64,000 bases of DNA from Cyanobacteria bacterium J06626_4 (GTDB lineage: Bacteria > Cyanobacteriota > Cyanobacteriia > Phormidesmidales > Phormidesmidaceae). Made by a program: the position numbers and the translations under genes. Every line of letters begins with the position of its first letter. Within the stretch, counting starts at the first letter, position 1. The notes under the pieces were generated by a model. It was not told the DNA's origin. It made no database searches and saw nothing but the letters and a program-made list of their open reading frames with translations. The stretch is from NCBI GenBank assembly GCA_038523235.1, contig JBCBJQ010000002.1, positions 119,293 through 183,292 of the forward strand. Reading direction: 5' to 3'. Shown piece by piece: positions 1 through 9,091 of the stretch.

Positions 1-338
1 CTGTGCAGTGCGAAGGGTAACCGGTCATCGTCGTCATTCTGATCAACGGGTTCCTCGACCAAAGCCCCCTCGGGCCGTCGCGACGATCGCCTGGATACCA
101 CTGCTATCTGTAGAAGCACAGCAGTTTCAGTCAATTCAGTAGGCGCTCGTTTTAGAGATGAGCCCCGTGGTTAGCGCCAGACTATCTGAGGCGTCGCGCC
201 AGGGTGGGGGATTTCTAACTGATAGGTATGGATGAGGGTCAATGACGATTTTGCTTTAACCGCTAATTTGAGGCGTCGATGCGGGGGCGATCGCCGACCT
301 TTGGGGATAATGGGTCATCACCTGTGGATAGAACGGTT

Positions 339-1217
339 ATGCTACCTGCTTTGACGGCACCGCTGAAGACGGAACGGGTTGCGGTCACGATTGAGCAGCT
401 ACCACTGGCGCTGCATGGCACCACCGTGGCCCAGCTTTCAGATTTTCATTTTGACGGGTACAGTCTGTCGCCCTCACTGCTGGAAACGGCGATCGCCCAA
501 TGCAATCGTCTGGTCCCCGACCTGGTTGTGCTGACGGGCGATTTCATTACCCGCAATCCGTCAGATATTGAGGCGCTGACGGCCTACTTACAGCATTTGC
601 GCAGTCGTTTGGGTGTCTATGCCGTATTGGGCAACCATGATTCCCCCAACGCCAGGGTGAGACGGCGCGTGCAGCAGGCCCTAGCTGCCGTGGAGGTTGT
701 GCCTCTCTGGAATGACATTGCCTATCCCTGGGGCGATCGCCTACCCCTGGTGGGACTAGCGGATATTAGCTCACCCGATTGTCAACCGGAGCCGCTGCTG
801 GCCCAACTGCCCCCCCGTACGCCGCGGCTAGTGTTGGCCCATAACCCGGACACGATGGATAAACTCCGGTCATCACGCGCTGATTTGGTGCTGTCGGGCC
901 ACACCCACGGCGGGCAGGTCACTCTGCCTGGGGGAATTCCCGCGCCTAGCCTATTAAAGAAGCTGTCTCCTTGGGTGCCACCGATTGTCAAACAACAGAT
1001 TCCGTTTTTTAATCAAGACTGCGAGCGCGTTTTTCGCCATTGGGAGTGGGCGGCGGGCCTACATGCCGTCGGCGATCAGCAACTTTACGTCAACCGGGGC
1101 CTGGCCAGCTATTGGCCGGGGCGGCTGTTTTGTCCGCCGGAGCTGACGGTGATTACGCTGTTAGCGGCCCCACCGTTGGAGGGCAAGGACTCAGCTATTT
1201 GTAACGGTAGTGATTGA
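339..1217 (+). CDS. Metallophosphoesterase (calcineurin-like, YkuE-type)
   Basis: Motifs LSDFH, LTGDF, LGNHD, LAHNPD, LSGHTHGGQ and YVNRG. ATG at 339 is more likely than the ORF-track start at 279. Confidence 0.9.
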   Translation: MLPALTAPLKTERVAVTIEQLPLALHGTTVAQLSDFHFDGYSLSPSLLETAIAQCNRLVPDLVVLTGDFITRNPSDIEALTAYLQHLRSRLGVYAVLGNHDSPNARVRRRVQQALAAVEVVPLWNDIAYPWGDRLPLVGLADISSPDCQPEPLLAQLPPRTPRLVLAHNPDTMDKLRSSRADLVLSGHTHGGQVTLPGGIPAPSLLKKLSPWVPPIVKQQIPFFNQDCERVFRHWEWAAGLHAVGDQQLYVNRGLASYWPGRLFCPPELTVITLLAAPPLEGKDSAICNGSD

Positions 1218-2250
1218 TGGCTGATTGCAAGGTGGCGATCTGGTTAGTGAGGCGATCGCTGCTGAGGAGCGATCGGGCGGTTTCAATGCCCTGCTCTAGG
1301 CTAACGGCCAAGCCGCTGCGCCAGAGATAAAAGCCGCCGTTCCACAGGGCGACGGGGGTGAGGGGGGTAGTTTGACCCTTGAGTGTGGCTTGCAGGGCGT
1401 CTAAATAGGCAGCCTCTGATTCTAACGGGGCTTCGCTGGTCTCGCCCAAGCCAAAGTCGCGGGCGTGCAGTACGATCCGCTCTTCGCCGGTGGGGGTATA
1501 GACGCCGATAATGGCCGCCCGCGCCCGGGGTAAATCAGAGCTGCCCTCCAGCCCTTTGACCGTCAGATAATGGGGGACGCCGATCGCGGTTAGGGTGCCT
1601 TTGGCCAGACCCTCAGTGGGGGGATGAACATAGCCCACCACCACCTGACAGTCGCCCGCATAGGGACACCACATCAGCTCTAGCGTGGCCTGCGGTGGAC
1701 GTTTGCCAATTTGTTCGCGGTAGGGCACTAATCCCTGGGCGGCAGGAAAGTGATCGGCTAGATGAAGATAGCCCAAATGAGTTTGCTGCAAAATTGCCTG
1801 CACGGCCGCCAGCGAAAGCCCCGTCCAATCAAGACCGAGGGCTTGCCAAATGTCGATGAGTGGTAAGCCGTATTTGGTGGGCATGCGATCGCCCCCGTGC
1901 AGCACCACCGGACAGCCGAGCGCCGAGAGCATCAGCGCTACTAGGGGTTGAGCTGGAGCTGTGCGCGATCGCCCATCGTAGGGCAGGCCAAACACCAAGG
2001 CCGGATAGTCAGCGGTGACGGGGCTGAGGGTCGGGCCGACCTCAGCATAGGCATCTAAAAATCCCGCCAGTTCGTCGGGATGGGGACGTTTGATGCGATG
2101 GGCAATCATAAAGGCCCCAATCTGCGCGGGCGTCGCCTCTTGAGCCAGCATGAGTCGCGCCGCTTCGGCGGCTTCCGCCCGGGTCAGCACAGCTGATGTG
2201 TGCTGGCCGCTGCCGACTTTTTTAAGAAGCGCTCGAAATGCTTGGCTCAT
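1195..2250 (-). CDS. Anthranilate phosphoribosyltransferase-family protein (TrpD2/YbiB-like)
   Basis: N-terminal KKVGSG...PAQIGAFMIAHRIKR, plus YDGRSRTAP and KGLEGS motifs of the glycosyl-transferase-3 fold. Confidence 0.85.
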   Translation of the reverse strand: MSQAFRALLKKVGSGQHTSAVLTRAEAAEAARLMLAQEATPAQIGAFMIAHRIKRPHPDELAGFLDAYAEVGPTLSPVTADYPALVFGLPYDGRSRTAPAQPLVALMLSALGCPVVLHGGDRMPTKYGLPLIDIWQALGLDWTGLSLAAVQAILQQTHLGYLHLADHFPAAQGLVPYREQIGKRPPQATLELMWCPYAGDCQVVVGYVHPPTEGLAKGTLTAIGVPHYLTVKGLEGSSDLPRARAAIIGVYTPTGEERIVLHARDFGLGETSEAPLESEAAYLDALQATLKGQTTPLTPVALWNGGFYLWRSGLAVSLEQGIETARSLLSSDRLTNQIATLQSAINHYRYK

Positions 2251-2256
2251 CAGCAG

Positions 2257-3198
2257 TTAGAAGGGTTCAACAGATAGCAGTTGGGCAGCAGGTTGGGGTG
2301 GCAAAAAGCAGGCCCCCCGTTCCATGACCAGTTGGCAAAAGTCGCGGATGATGGGAATGACCAGGCGATCGCGGGTCGTGACCAGCACCACCCGACGAGA
2401 TAAGGTGGGGGCCTCAGTGGGACGAATCGCCAAGGTGGGATCGGGCTGCCCTTCGGTCAGGGCTGACTGGGGCAGTAGGGCGGTGAGCTGCCCTTGGCGG
2501 ACAACCCCCCGAAAGGCATCGAGGGTGTTGAGTTCTAGGGCGGCGTGGAGTTCTCCCCCGCTGCGCTCAAACTGCGCTTGCACCAGGCGTTGCATGCCGT
2601 AGCCGTCTTTAAACACCACTTGAGGATACTCCGCTAACGCGGCCCAAGGCACTTGCTCAAACTGAGTGAGCGGATGATCAGCGGCCATCAACACTTCCAC
2701 GGGTTCCTCATAAAGGGGCTGCACGCTCATATCAGGACTGGTCGTTAGCCGTTCGTTATCCATCACGATCGCCACGTCTACCAGGCCATCCCGCAGGACC
2801 TTGAGAGAGCGATCGCTGCCTAGGGCCGTCACCCGCAGCTGCACGTGAGGATGGCTTTGACAAAACTGCTGCAGTACCGGTGGTAGCAGATGTGAACAGG
2901 TGGACTGAATGGCGGCGATACACAGTTCCGGCTGTTTACCGGCCATTAAATCAGCGATGTCACGAGTGGCCTGTCGCCAGTCTTGGCACATGCGTCGAGC
3001 TTTGGGCAACAAAGCCTCTCCGGCAACCGTGAGCTTGGCTTGGGCCGAACGGTGCAGCAGCGGGGCGTCTAATTCTGTCTCTAACGCTTGAATTTGGCGA
3101 CTAACGGTCGATTGCGTCACCCCACATTTTTTCGCAGCTTGTTGAAAGCTCCCAGTCTCTGAAACCAATAAAAATGCTTCAAGCTGTTCTATACGCAT
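2257..3198 (-). CDS. LysR-family transcriptional regulator
   Basis: HTH ETGSFQQAAKKCGVTQSTVSRQIQALE followed by a substrate-binding domain. It ends 6 bp before the downstream gene, so probably an operon. Confidence 0.95.
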   Translation of the reverse strand: MRIEQLEAFLLVSETGSFQQAAKKCGVTQSTVSRQIQALETELDAPLLHRSAQAKLTVAGEALLPKARRMCQDWRQATRDIADLMAGKQPELCIAAIQSTCSHLLPPVLQQFCQSHPHVQLRVTALGSDRSLKVLRDGLVDVAIVMDNERLTTSPDMSVQPLYEEPVEVLMAADHPLTQFEQVPWAALAEYPQVVFKDGYGMQRLVQAQFERSGGELHAALELNTLDAFRGVVRQGQLTALLPQSALTEGQPDPTLAIRPTEAPTLSRRVVLVTTRDRLVIPIIRDFCQLVMERGACFLPPQPAAQLLSVEPF

Positions 3199-3585
3199 CC
3201 ACTCTAGATTCGATTAAAAGGGCGATTCAAAACACCCTAGAGGGTTAGAGATTGAGGAATTTCCTGCAGAGGTCATCTTTAAACCCTAATTAACAGATAC
3301 CGGCACTCAACTTGGTATCATTCATTGCCAAACGGCTCGAAACCGGTGGCAGTAAGACCGTGGCTAAGCTGGGCTCAATGCGATGAATTCATGGCTCAGA
3401 CAGCGGCGACTTTCTCGGCTCTATTGAGGTATCGCCTAAGGAACCGTCGTCACCGAGCCGCGCTGATGGCATGGATGCAGCCTGTGGTTAGGTGCTGATG
3501 GAGTGACCTGCTGGATGGGCTGTGACATGCGGTAATCTGGCTGAAGATTCTATCCCTCTGCCCCCCATGCCTCTGAGGTAACGCT

Positions 3586-4464
3586 ATGGAAACGAGTTTG
3601 CTCACGGCGGTGTTCTTGCCTTTAGCGCTGTTTATCATCATGCTCGGCATGGGGTTGGGCCTAACGCTCAGGGACTTTCAGCGCATCTTTGTAGAACCCA
3701 AAGGCGTGGCGTTGGGCTTGGTAGCGCAGCTGATCATGCTGCCGCTCGTCGGCTTTGGACTGGCATCAGTGTTGCCCCTCACCCCTGAGTTGGCAGTCGG
3801 CGTGATGATTTTAGCCGCTTGTCCCGGTGGCCCGACGTCGAACCTGGTGACCTATTTGGCCCGAGGCAATGTGGCGCTGTCGATTACGTTGACGGCCCTC
3901 AGCAGCTTGGTGACGGTCTTTACAATTCCGCTGGTAGTCAACTGGGCTATGGTGCAGTTCATGGGGGCGGGCACCGATTTGCAGCTGCCATTTTTGACTA
4001 CAGTTCTGCAGATTGCGGTGATCACGCTCATTCCAGTTAGTTTAGGTATGACGCTGCATCACTACGCGCCCCAATTTGCCGCCACGGTAGAAAAGTGGAT
4101 GAAATGGCTGGCTTTAGTTTTTCTCGGATTGATCATTGCCGCTCTCCTGATAAAAGAGCGGGCCAATGTACTGGCTTTCTTTTTGCAGGTGGGCTGGGTG
4201 ACGCTGTTGCTGGTCGTTTTGACGATGGCGCTAGGCTATGGGCTGGCGCAGCTGGCCCAATTGGACGATCGCAGCGCGACGGCCATTACGGTGGAAGTGG
4301 GCATTCAAAATGGCACCCTGGCGATCGCCATTGCCAGTGCTCCCACCTTTTTGAACAATGCCACGATGGCGATTCCGGCAGCGATTTATAGCTTGTTGAT
4401 GTTTGCTGTTGGGGGCGCGTTTGCCTGGTGGGCCCAGCGACGATCGCCCGTGAAAGCTCAATAG
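3586..4464 (+). CDS. Bile acid:sodium symporter family transporter
   Basis: MLGMGLGL, ACPGGPTSN and EVGIQNGTLA motifs; many transmembrane segments. Confidence 0.92.
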   Translation: METSLLTAVFLPLALFIIMLGMGLGLTLRDFQRIFVEPKGVALGLVAQLIMLPLVGFGLASVLPLTPELAVGVMILAACPGGPTSNLVTYLARGNVALSITLTALSSLVTVFTIPLVVNWAMVQFMGAGTDLQLPFLTTVLQIAVITLIPVSLGMTLHHYAPQFAATVEKWMKWLALVFLGLIIAALLIKERANVLAFFLQVGWVTLLLVVLTMALGYGLAQLAQLDDRSATAITVEVGIQNGTLAIAIASAPTFLNNATMAIPAAIYSLLMFAVGGAFAWWAQRRSPVKAQ

Positions 4465-4888
4465 TGATGACAGAGTGAATTTGAAAATCGAAAGGCGGCA
4501 GGCGTAAAAGAGAGTGCACTCCCCGCTCCTTCACGCCGCACAATTCTGATAGACCAGAATTAGAGTTGCGATGAAGGCAGAAGATGCCGTAGTTTTTAGT
4601 ATTTCCGACCTGCTGTAATTTTCCCCGTACCCCCCAGAGACTGCTAAATGAAGTGATGTTGAGAGGACGAGTGATGCGAGAGTGGGGTAGTGTATCGCTG
4701 AATATAGAGTAGTGAGAGATGAGAGTGCTTAAGCGAGTTGGCTGGCGGCTTGTGTTTAGGCACAGTTAGCAAACTTGCTGTTGCTGCAGCCATTGCAACA
4801 GCAAGATGTCGTGATGAGGGAGAGCTGCCACATCTTGGCCCTAATGTCTGAGGAACATCTCCCTGCTGAGTTCTTAAGTGCTTGATCA

Positions 4889-7195
4889 ATGACCTCATCC
4901 CTTGATCCCAATACACCTCTACGGAGCGTCCATACCCAGAGCTTTCATGCTGTGCTCTCCCAAATGGGGGTATCGCTGGTGGTCTCTACATACCAGGCTG
5001 GGAAACTCATTCTCATGCGGGCTGACGATAACGCTGTGAATACACACTTTCGAGTATTCGATCAGCCCATGGGCGTGGCCGCCGATCGCGAAAAGATCGC
5101 CGTAGGCACCGCCTATGACATCCAAGAGCTACGCAATGTGCCTGCTGTGGCTGAGAAAATTCCGCCAACCGGCCGTCATGACGGCTGCTATCTGCCTCGC
5201 CGTAAGACGGTTACCGGTGATATTGATATTCATGAAATGGCCTGGGTTGACCAGGAGCTGTGGTTTATCAATACTCGGTTCTCTTGCCTGTGTACCCTAG
5301 ATCCCAGCTGTAGTTTTGTGCCCCGCTGGCGACCGCCGTTTATCACCGGCTATGACCTGACGGATCGGTGCCATCTCAATGGGCTCGGAATACGTGACAA
5401 TCGGCCCCACTACATTACGGCACTAGGCGAGACTGATCGCCCCAACGGCTGGCGGGCTAATAAAGCTAGCGGCGGCATCCTGATGGATATCATCACCAAT
5501 GACATCCTGGTGCGGGGCTTGTCGATGCCCCATTCGCCTCGCTGGTATCGCGATCGCCTGTGGGTCTTAGAATCCGGGCGCGGCACTCTAGTCCAAGTCG
5601 ATTTGTCCACAGGCACATTGACCCCAGTGGCAGAACTCCCGGGCTTTACAAGAGGCCTCGATTTTTGGGGCGACTTGGCCTTTATTGGCCTTTCCCAGAT
5701 CCGAGAGACCGCTGTTTTTAGCGGCATCCCCCTCACTCAAACCCTAAGAGAGCGCATCTGTGGCGTGTGGGTAGTCAACATTGTCAGCGGTGAGATTGTG
5801 GCATTTCTCAAGTTTGAGGATGCGGTTCAGGAAATTTTCGCAGTATCGGTTTTGCCGGGGCTACGCTTTCCCGAATTGATTGAGCATGATGATAATTTGC
5901 TCAGGAGTGCCTACGTGCTGCCCGATGCCGCCATGGCTGAAGTGGTGCTACTAAAGCCAGACCAGCCCTCTGCTCTCAGTTATTTTGAGCAGGGGTGTGC
6001 CCACTACCAAGCCGGGGAGCAAGAAGCGGCGGTAGCGACGCTGCAGCAATGTCTGGTTGTACAGCCGGATTATCTGCCCGCCCGTTACAACCTGGGAGTC
6101 GTTTTGGGGGAGTTGGCACGCTATGACGAGGCGATCTCCTACCTGCATCAGGTGATTGAAGCGGAGGCGTGTCATGTCGGTGCTCACAAGACCTTAGGTC
6201 ATCTCTATAGCCAGCAAAACCAGTGGAAACTGGCCCGCTGGCACTATGAACAAGCGGTACGCATCAGTCCTCAAGATGCCCAGGCCCATTACAGCTGGGG
6301 CATGATGTGCCTGACCTTAGGAGACTTTGAGACCGGCTGGGCCGAATGTGAGTGGCGGTGGCAAACCGCTGAGTTTACCCCCTTCAGCTGCCCTCAGCCC
6401 CGCTGGCAGGGGCAACGGCTGCCGCATCAAACCCTGCTCATCCATACCGAGCAAGGGGCAGGGGACGCAATTCAGTTTGTGCGCTACGTGTCTTGGGCCG
6501 CAGCGCGCTGTCAACGGGTGGTCTTGGTGTGTCCTGCTGCTCTCTTACCCTTGTTTGCAAAGCTATCAGGTGTTTATCAGTGCCAAACGCCCGGTCAGAT
6601 TGCCCTTAACGCCTTTGATGTCTACGTGCCGCTGATGAGTTTGCCTTATCTAGCTCATACGACGTTAGAAACTATTCCCGCCCCGATTCCCTATCTTTCG
6701 GCGGACGCTAGCCGGTGTCCCTTGCCCGCTCGTCGCCACGCTCACCGCGTTGGCATTGCTTGGGCCGGTAGCCCCACCCATGGGAATGACCGACAGCGCT
6801 CGACTCAACTCGCTGACTGGTTGCCCGTACTGCGTGTGCCCGGGATTGAGTTTTTCAGTCTGCAAAAGGGCCAGCCAGTGCCGGCATTGGCCGACCTGCC
6901 ACCAGACGCCAACGTACAGGATTTAGACGCCGTTCTACAAGACTATGCCGACACGGCGTCTGTCGTCGAGCAGCTTGATCTTGTTATCAGTGTCGATACC
7001 TCTGTCACGCATCTAGCCGGTGCTTTGGGCCGCCCCTGTTGGACTCTGCTGTGCTACTCTCCCGACTGGCGCTGGCTGACCCCGCGCTTAGACTCTCCCT
7101 GGTATCCGACCATGCGCCTGTTTTGGCAAACTCAGCCAGGGGCTTGGGCTGGGGTCTTTGACGAGGTGGCGACCGCTTTGGGGCATGCTTTCTAA
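4889..7195 (+). CDS. TIGR03032/DUF4915 domain + TPR repeats + C-terminal GT9-like glycosyltransferase domain
   Basis: N-terminal STYQAGKL, TGDIDIHEMAW, DRCHLNGL, SMPHSPRW and PGFTRGL; central TPRs (ARYNLGVVL, AHKTLGHLY); C-terminal EQGAGDAIQFVRY, GIAWAGSP and DLVISVDTSVTHLAGALG...DWRW. Confidence 0.88.
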   Translation: MTSSLDPNTPLRSVHTQSFHAVLSQMGVSLVVSTYQAGKLILMRADDNAVNTHFRVFDQPMGVAADREKIAVGTAYDIQELRNVPAVAEKIPPTGRHDGCYLPRRKTVTGDIDIHEMAWVDQELWFINTRFSCLCTLDPSCSFVPRWRPPFITGYDLTDRCHLNGLGIRDNRPHYITALGETDRPNGWRANKASGGILMDIITNDILVRGLSMPHSPRWYRDRLWVLESGRGTLVQVDLSTGTLTPVAELPGFTRGLDFWGDLAFIGLSQIRETAVFSGIPLTQTLRERICGVWVVNIVSGEIVAFLKFEDAVQEIFAVSVLPGLRFPELIEHDDNLLRSAYVLPDAAMAEVVLLKPDQPSALSYFEQGCAHYQAGEQEAAVATLQQCLVVQPDYLPARYNLGVVLGELARYDEAISYLHQVIEAEACHVGAHKTLGHLYSQQNQWKLARWHYEQAVRISPQDAQAHYSWGMMCLTLGDFETGWAECEWRWQTAEFTPFSCPQPRWQGQRLPHQTLLIHTEQGAGDAIQFVRYVSWAAARCQRVVLVCPAALLPLFAKLSGVYQCQTPGQIALNAFDVYVPLMSLPYLAHTTLETIPAPIPYLSADASRCPLPARRHAHRVGIAWAGSPTHGNDRQRSTQLADWLPVLRVPGIEFFSLQKGQPVPALADLPPDANVQDLDAVLQDYADTASVVEQLDLVISVDTSVTHLAGALGRPCWTLLCYSPDWRWLTPRLDSPWYPTMRLFWQTQPGAWAGVFDEVATALGHAF

Positions 7196-7231
7196 AATGC
7201 TGTTGATGGCTCATCTCGCCAGAAAACTCCC

Positions 7232-8359
7232 ATGCAACTGTTTGCCAACGAATTCCTTGGAGCCCGGCCACACATTGCGGTTTTGGGCTCCCATAAGCTC
7301 GGTAACTTTGTGATAACGACACCCCTGCTGCGAGGGCTGAAAGCCAAATATCCACGTTGCACACTAGACTTCTTTGGCAGCGATCGCACCGCTGAGTTTG
7401 AGCGCCAGCTGGCCACTATTGATTGGCGCATGGCGTTGCATACCAATACACCCGAGACTTCCCCAGTCGTGCTGGCCGCAATTGATCGACGGCGGCAGCA
7501 AGTCGGTCCCTACGACTTGGTGATTAATTGCGATGATGACAGCGATCGCACCCAGGCCATCATTCCCTATCTACAGCCCACCTACCTGGTTGGTAGCCCT
7601 ACCCCATTGGGGGCTTACCCAAGGCTGAACGTTAGCCAGCCTCTAATTCAAGCGATTCGGCAAGACCCCAACTGGAACAGTCCGACTTTTGTGCAAACTC
7701 ATGTCCCGCTGGTACAGAGCAATTACATTGCTGAAATCTTCTGTCGGTTGGCCTATGTAGAGACGGATTTCACCCAACTGGACTTACCCACCCAGGCCCC
7801 TGCTTTTTCAGTGCCCGATGTCCTCATTCATGTGACTGCCAGTCGCGCCGCCAAGCTGTGGCTGCCCGAGTACTGGCAGTCAGTGATTCACTGGTGTCAG
7901 CAGCAGCGGCTGACGGTAGGGCTAGTCGGCAGTGCTCCAGCCCTACAAAAGCAGCACTATCATGCCAGCAATACCGAAGACTGGCTGTTGGCAACGACAG
8001 AACTGCTTGACCTGCGAGGGCAAGCGACGCTGCCTGAGCTAGCGGGGGCGCTAGCTCAAGCTCGGGCTTTCGTGACGGTGGATACGGGGCCATTGCACGT
8101 AGCCGCAGCGGTCGGGTGCCCGACGGTGGCCATCTTTGGTAATGACAGCGAGGGGGATGGGGCCAGCCCCATGCGGTTGTGGGCACCCCGGCAGCAGCAT
8201 GTAAAACTGGCGCTCTCCCAGGTGAAATGCACCCACTGTCAAGCACAGCAGTTCAAAAACACCCACTGTCTCCTGAGCGAGCAGTTGTGCATGATGGCGG
8301 TGCTCCCTGAAACTGTCATGAGCACCCTACACGATTGTTTATCGTTGACAGATGGGTGA
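7232..8359 (+). CDS. Glycosyltransferase family 9 (heptosyltransferase-like)
   Basis: KLGNFVITTPLLRGLK, AKLW, DLRGQATLPEL and FVTVDTGPLHVAAAVGCPTVAIFG; C-terminal CTHC...C...CM. Confidence 0.9.
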   Translation: MQLFANEFLGARPHIAVLGSHKLGNFVITTPLLRGLKAKYPRCTLDFFGSDRTAEFERQLATIDWRMALHTNTPETSPVVLAAIDRRRQQVGPYDLVINCDDDSDRTQAIIPYLQPTYLVGSPTPLGAYPRLNVSQPLIQAIRQDPNWNSPTFVQTHVPLVQSNYIAEIFCRLAYVETDFTQLDLPTQAPAFSVPDVLIHVTASRAAKLWLPEYWQSVIHWCQQQRLTVGLVGSAPALQKQHYHASNTEDWLLATTELLDLRGQATLPELAGALAQARAFVTVDTGPLHVAAAVGCPTVAIFGNDSEGDGASPMRLWAPRQQHVKLALSQVKCTHCQAQQFKNTHCLLSEQLCMMAVLPETVMSTLHDCLSLTDG

Positions 8360-8362
8360 AAT

Positions 8363-8929
8363 TTACCGTAAAGGCTTGACTACCCGCCACTGCATTTGCA
8401 CCTCTTCAATCAGATTGTTGTACAGCGCGCTTTCTTGCAGCAGCAACTGAACATCATGGGCGTGATCGCCATAACGCTCAAACCACAGCGCACTGCCCAC
8501 CAAACTGGTATGCACCAGGTCAAAGTCGACATTCATGTACAGGCCCAAGGGCGTATTCGCGTTCCCATGGCGCTGCCAGTCTCGGTTGCGCTGCCGTGAA
8601 AATAGCTCCAGGCCACTGGGAGTAACAGCCCGCACATGAGTGGGGTCATGCACAAAGTTATCGTGACGGTGGTGGGGCACCGTAATGTGAATCAGGCTAT
8701 TGGCCTGACAAATCCGATAAAGCTCTTGAATGATCTGCAAATAGGTGTCGGTCTTCTGTCCCAGGTGCTCTAAGACATGGGTTAGCTGCACTTCAGCGAC
8801 ACTATCGTCCTGCCAAGGCCAGGGGAAGGTTTCCAGGTCAAACGTGAGATCCGGTGTACCAAACTTATCCACATTGACGTAGCCAGATAAGCAGCGCTGC
8901 CCGCACCCCAAATTAAGTTTTAATACCAC
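8363..8929 (-). CDS. Class I SAM-dependent methyltransferase (Methyltransf_11-like)
   Basis: LNLGCG, YVNVD, HVLEHL and DPTHVR motifs. Confidence 0.85.
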   Translation of the reverse strand: MVLKLNLGCGQRCLSGYVNVDKFGTPDLTFDLETFPWPWQDDSVAEVQLTHVLEHLGQKTDTYLQIIQELYRICQANSLIHITVPHHRHDNFVHDPTHVRAVTPSGLELFSRQRNRDWQRHGNANTPLGLYMNVDFDLVHTSLVGSALWFERYGDHAHDVQLLLQESALYNNLIEEVQMQWRVVKPLR

Positions 8930-9091
8930 GGTTAGTTTTACCCATCCCCTGAGTTCACTGGCTTAATCCTGAGACAACAGTCAGGTTAGGACGTCGTTTT
9001 CGCTGGTCCGTTTACACATCTTCACGCAACATTTTGTGTAATAAATTACACTCGTGACATCTGACAAGCTGCCGTCACGACATTATTTGCC

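Noticed and set aside
9038..9049. NtcA site upstream of tpsA
   Set aside because: The spacer is 6 nt, not the required GTA-N8-TAC.
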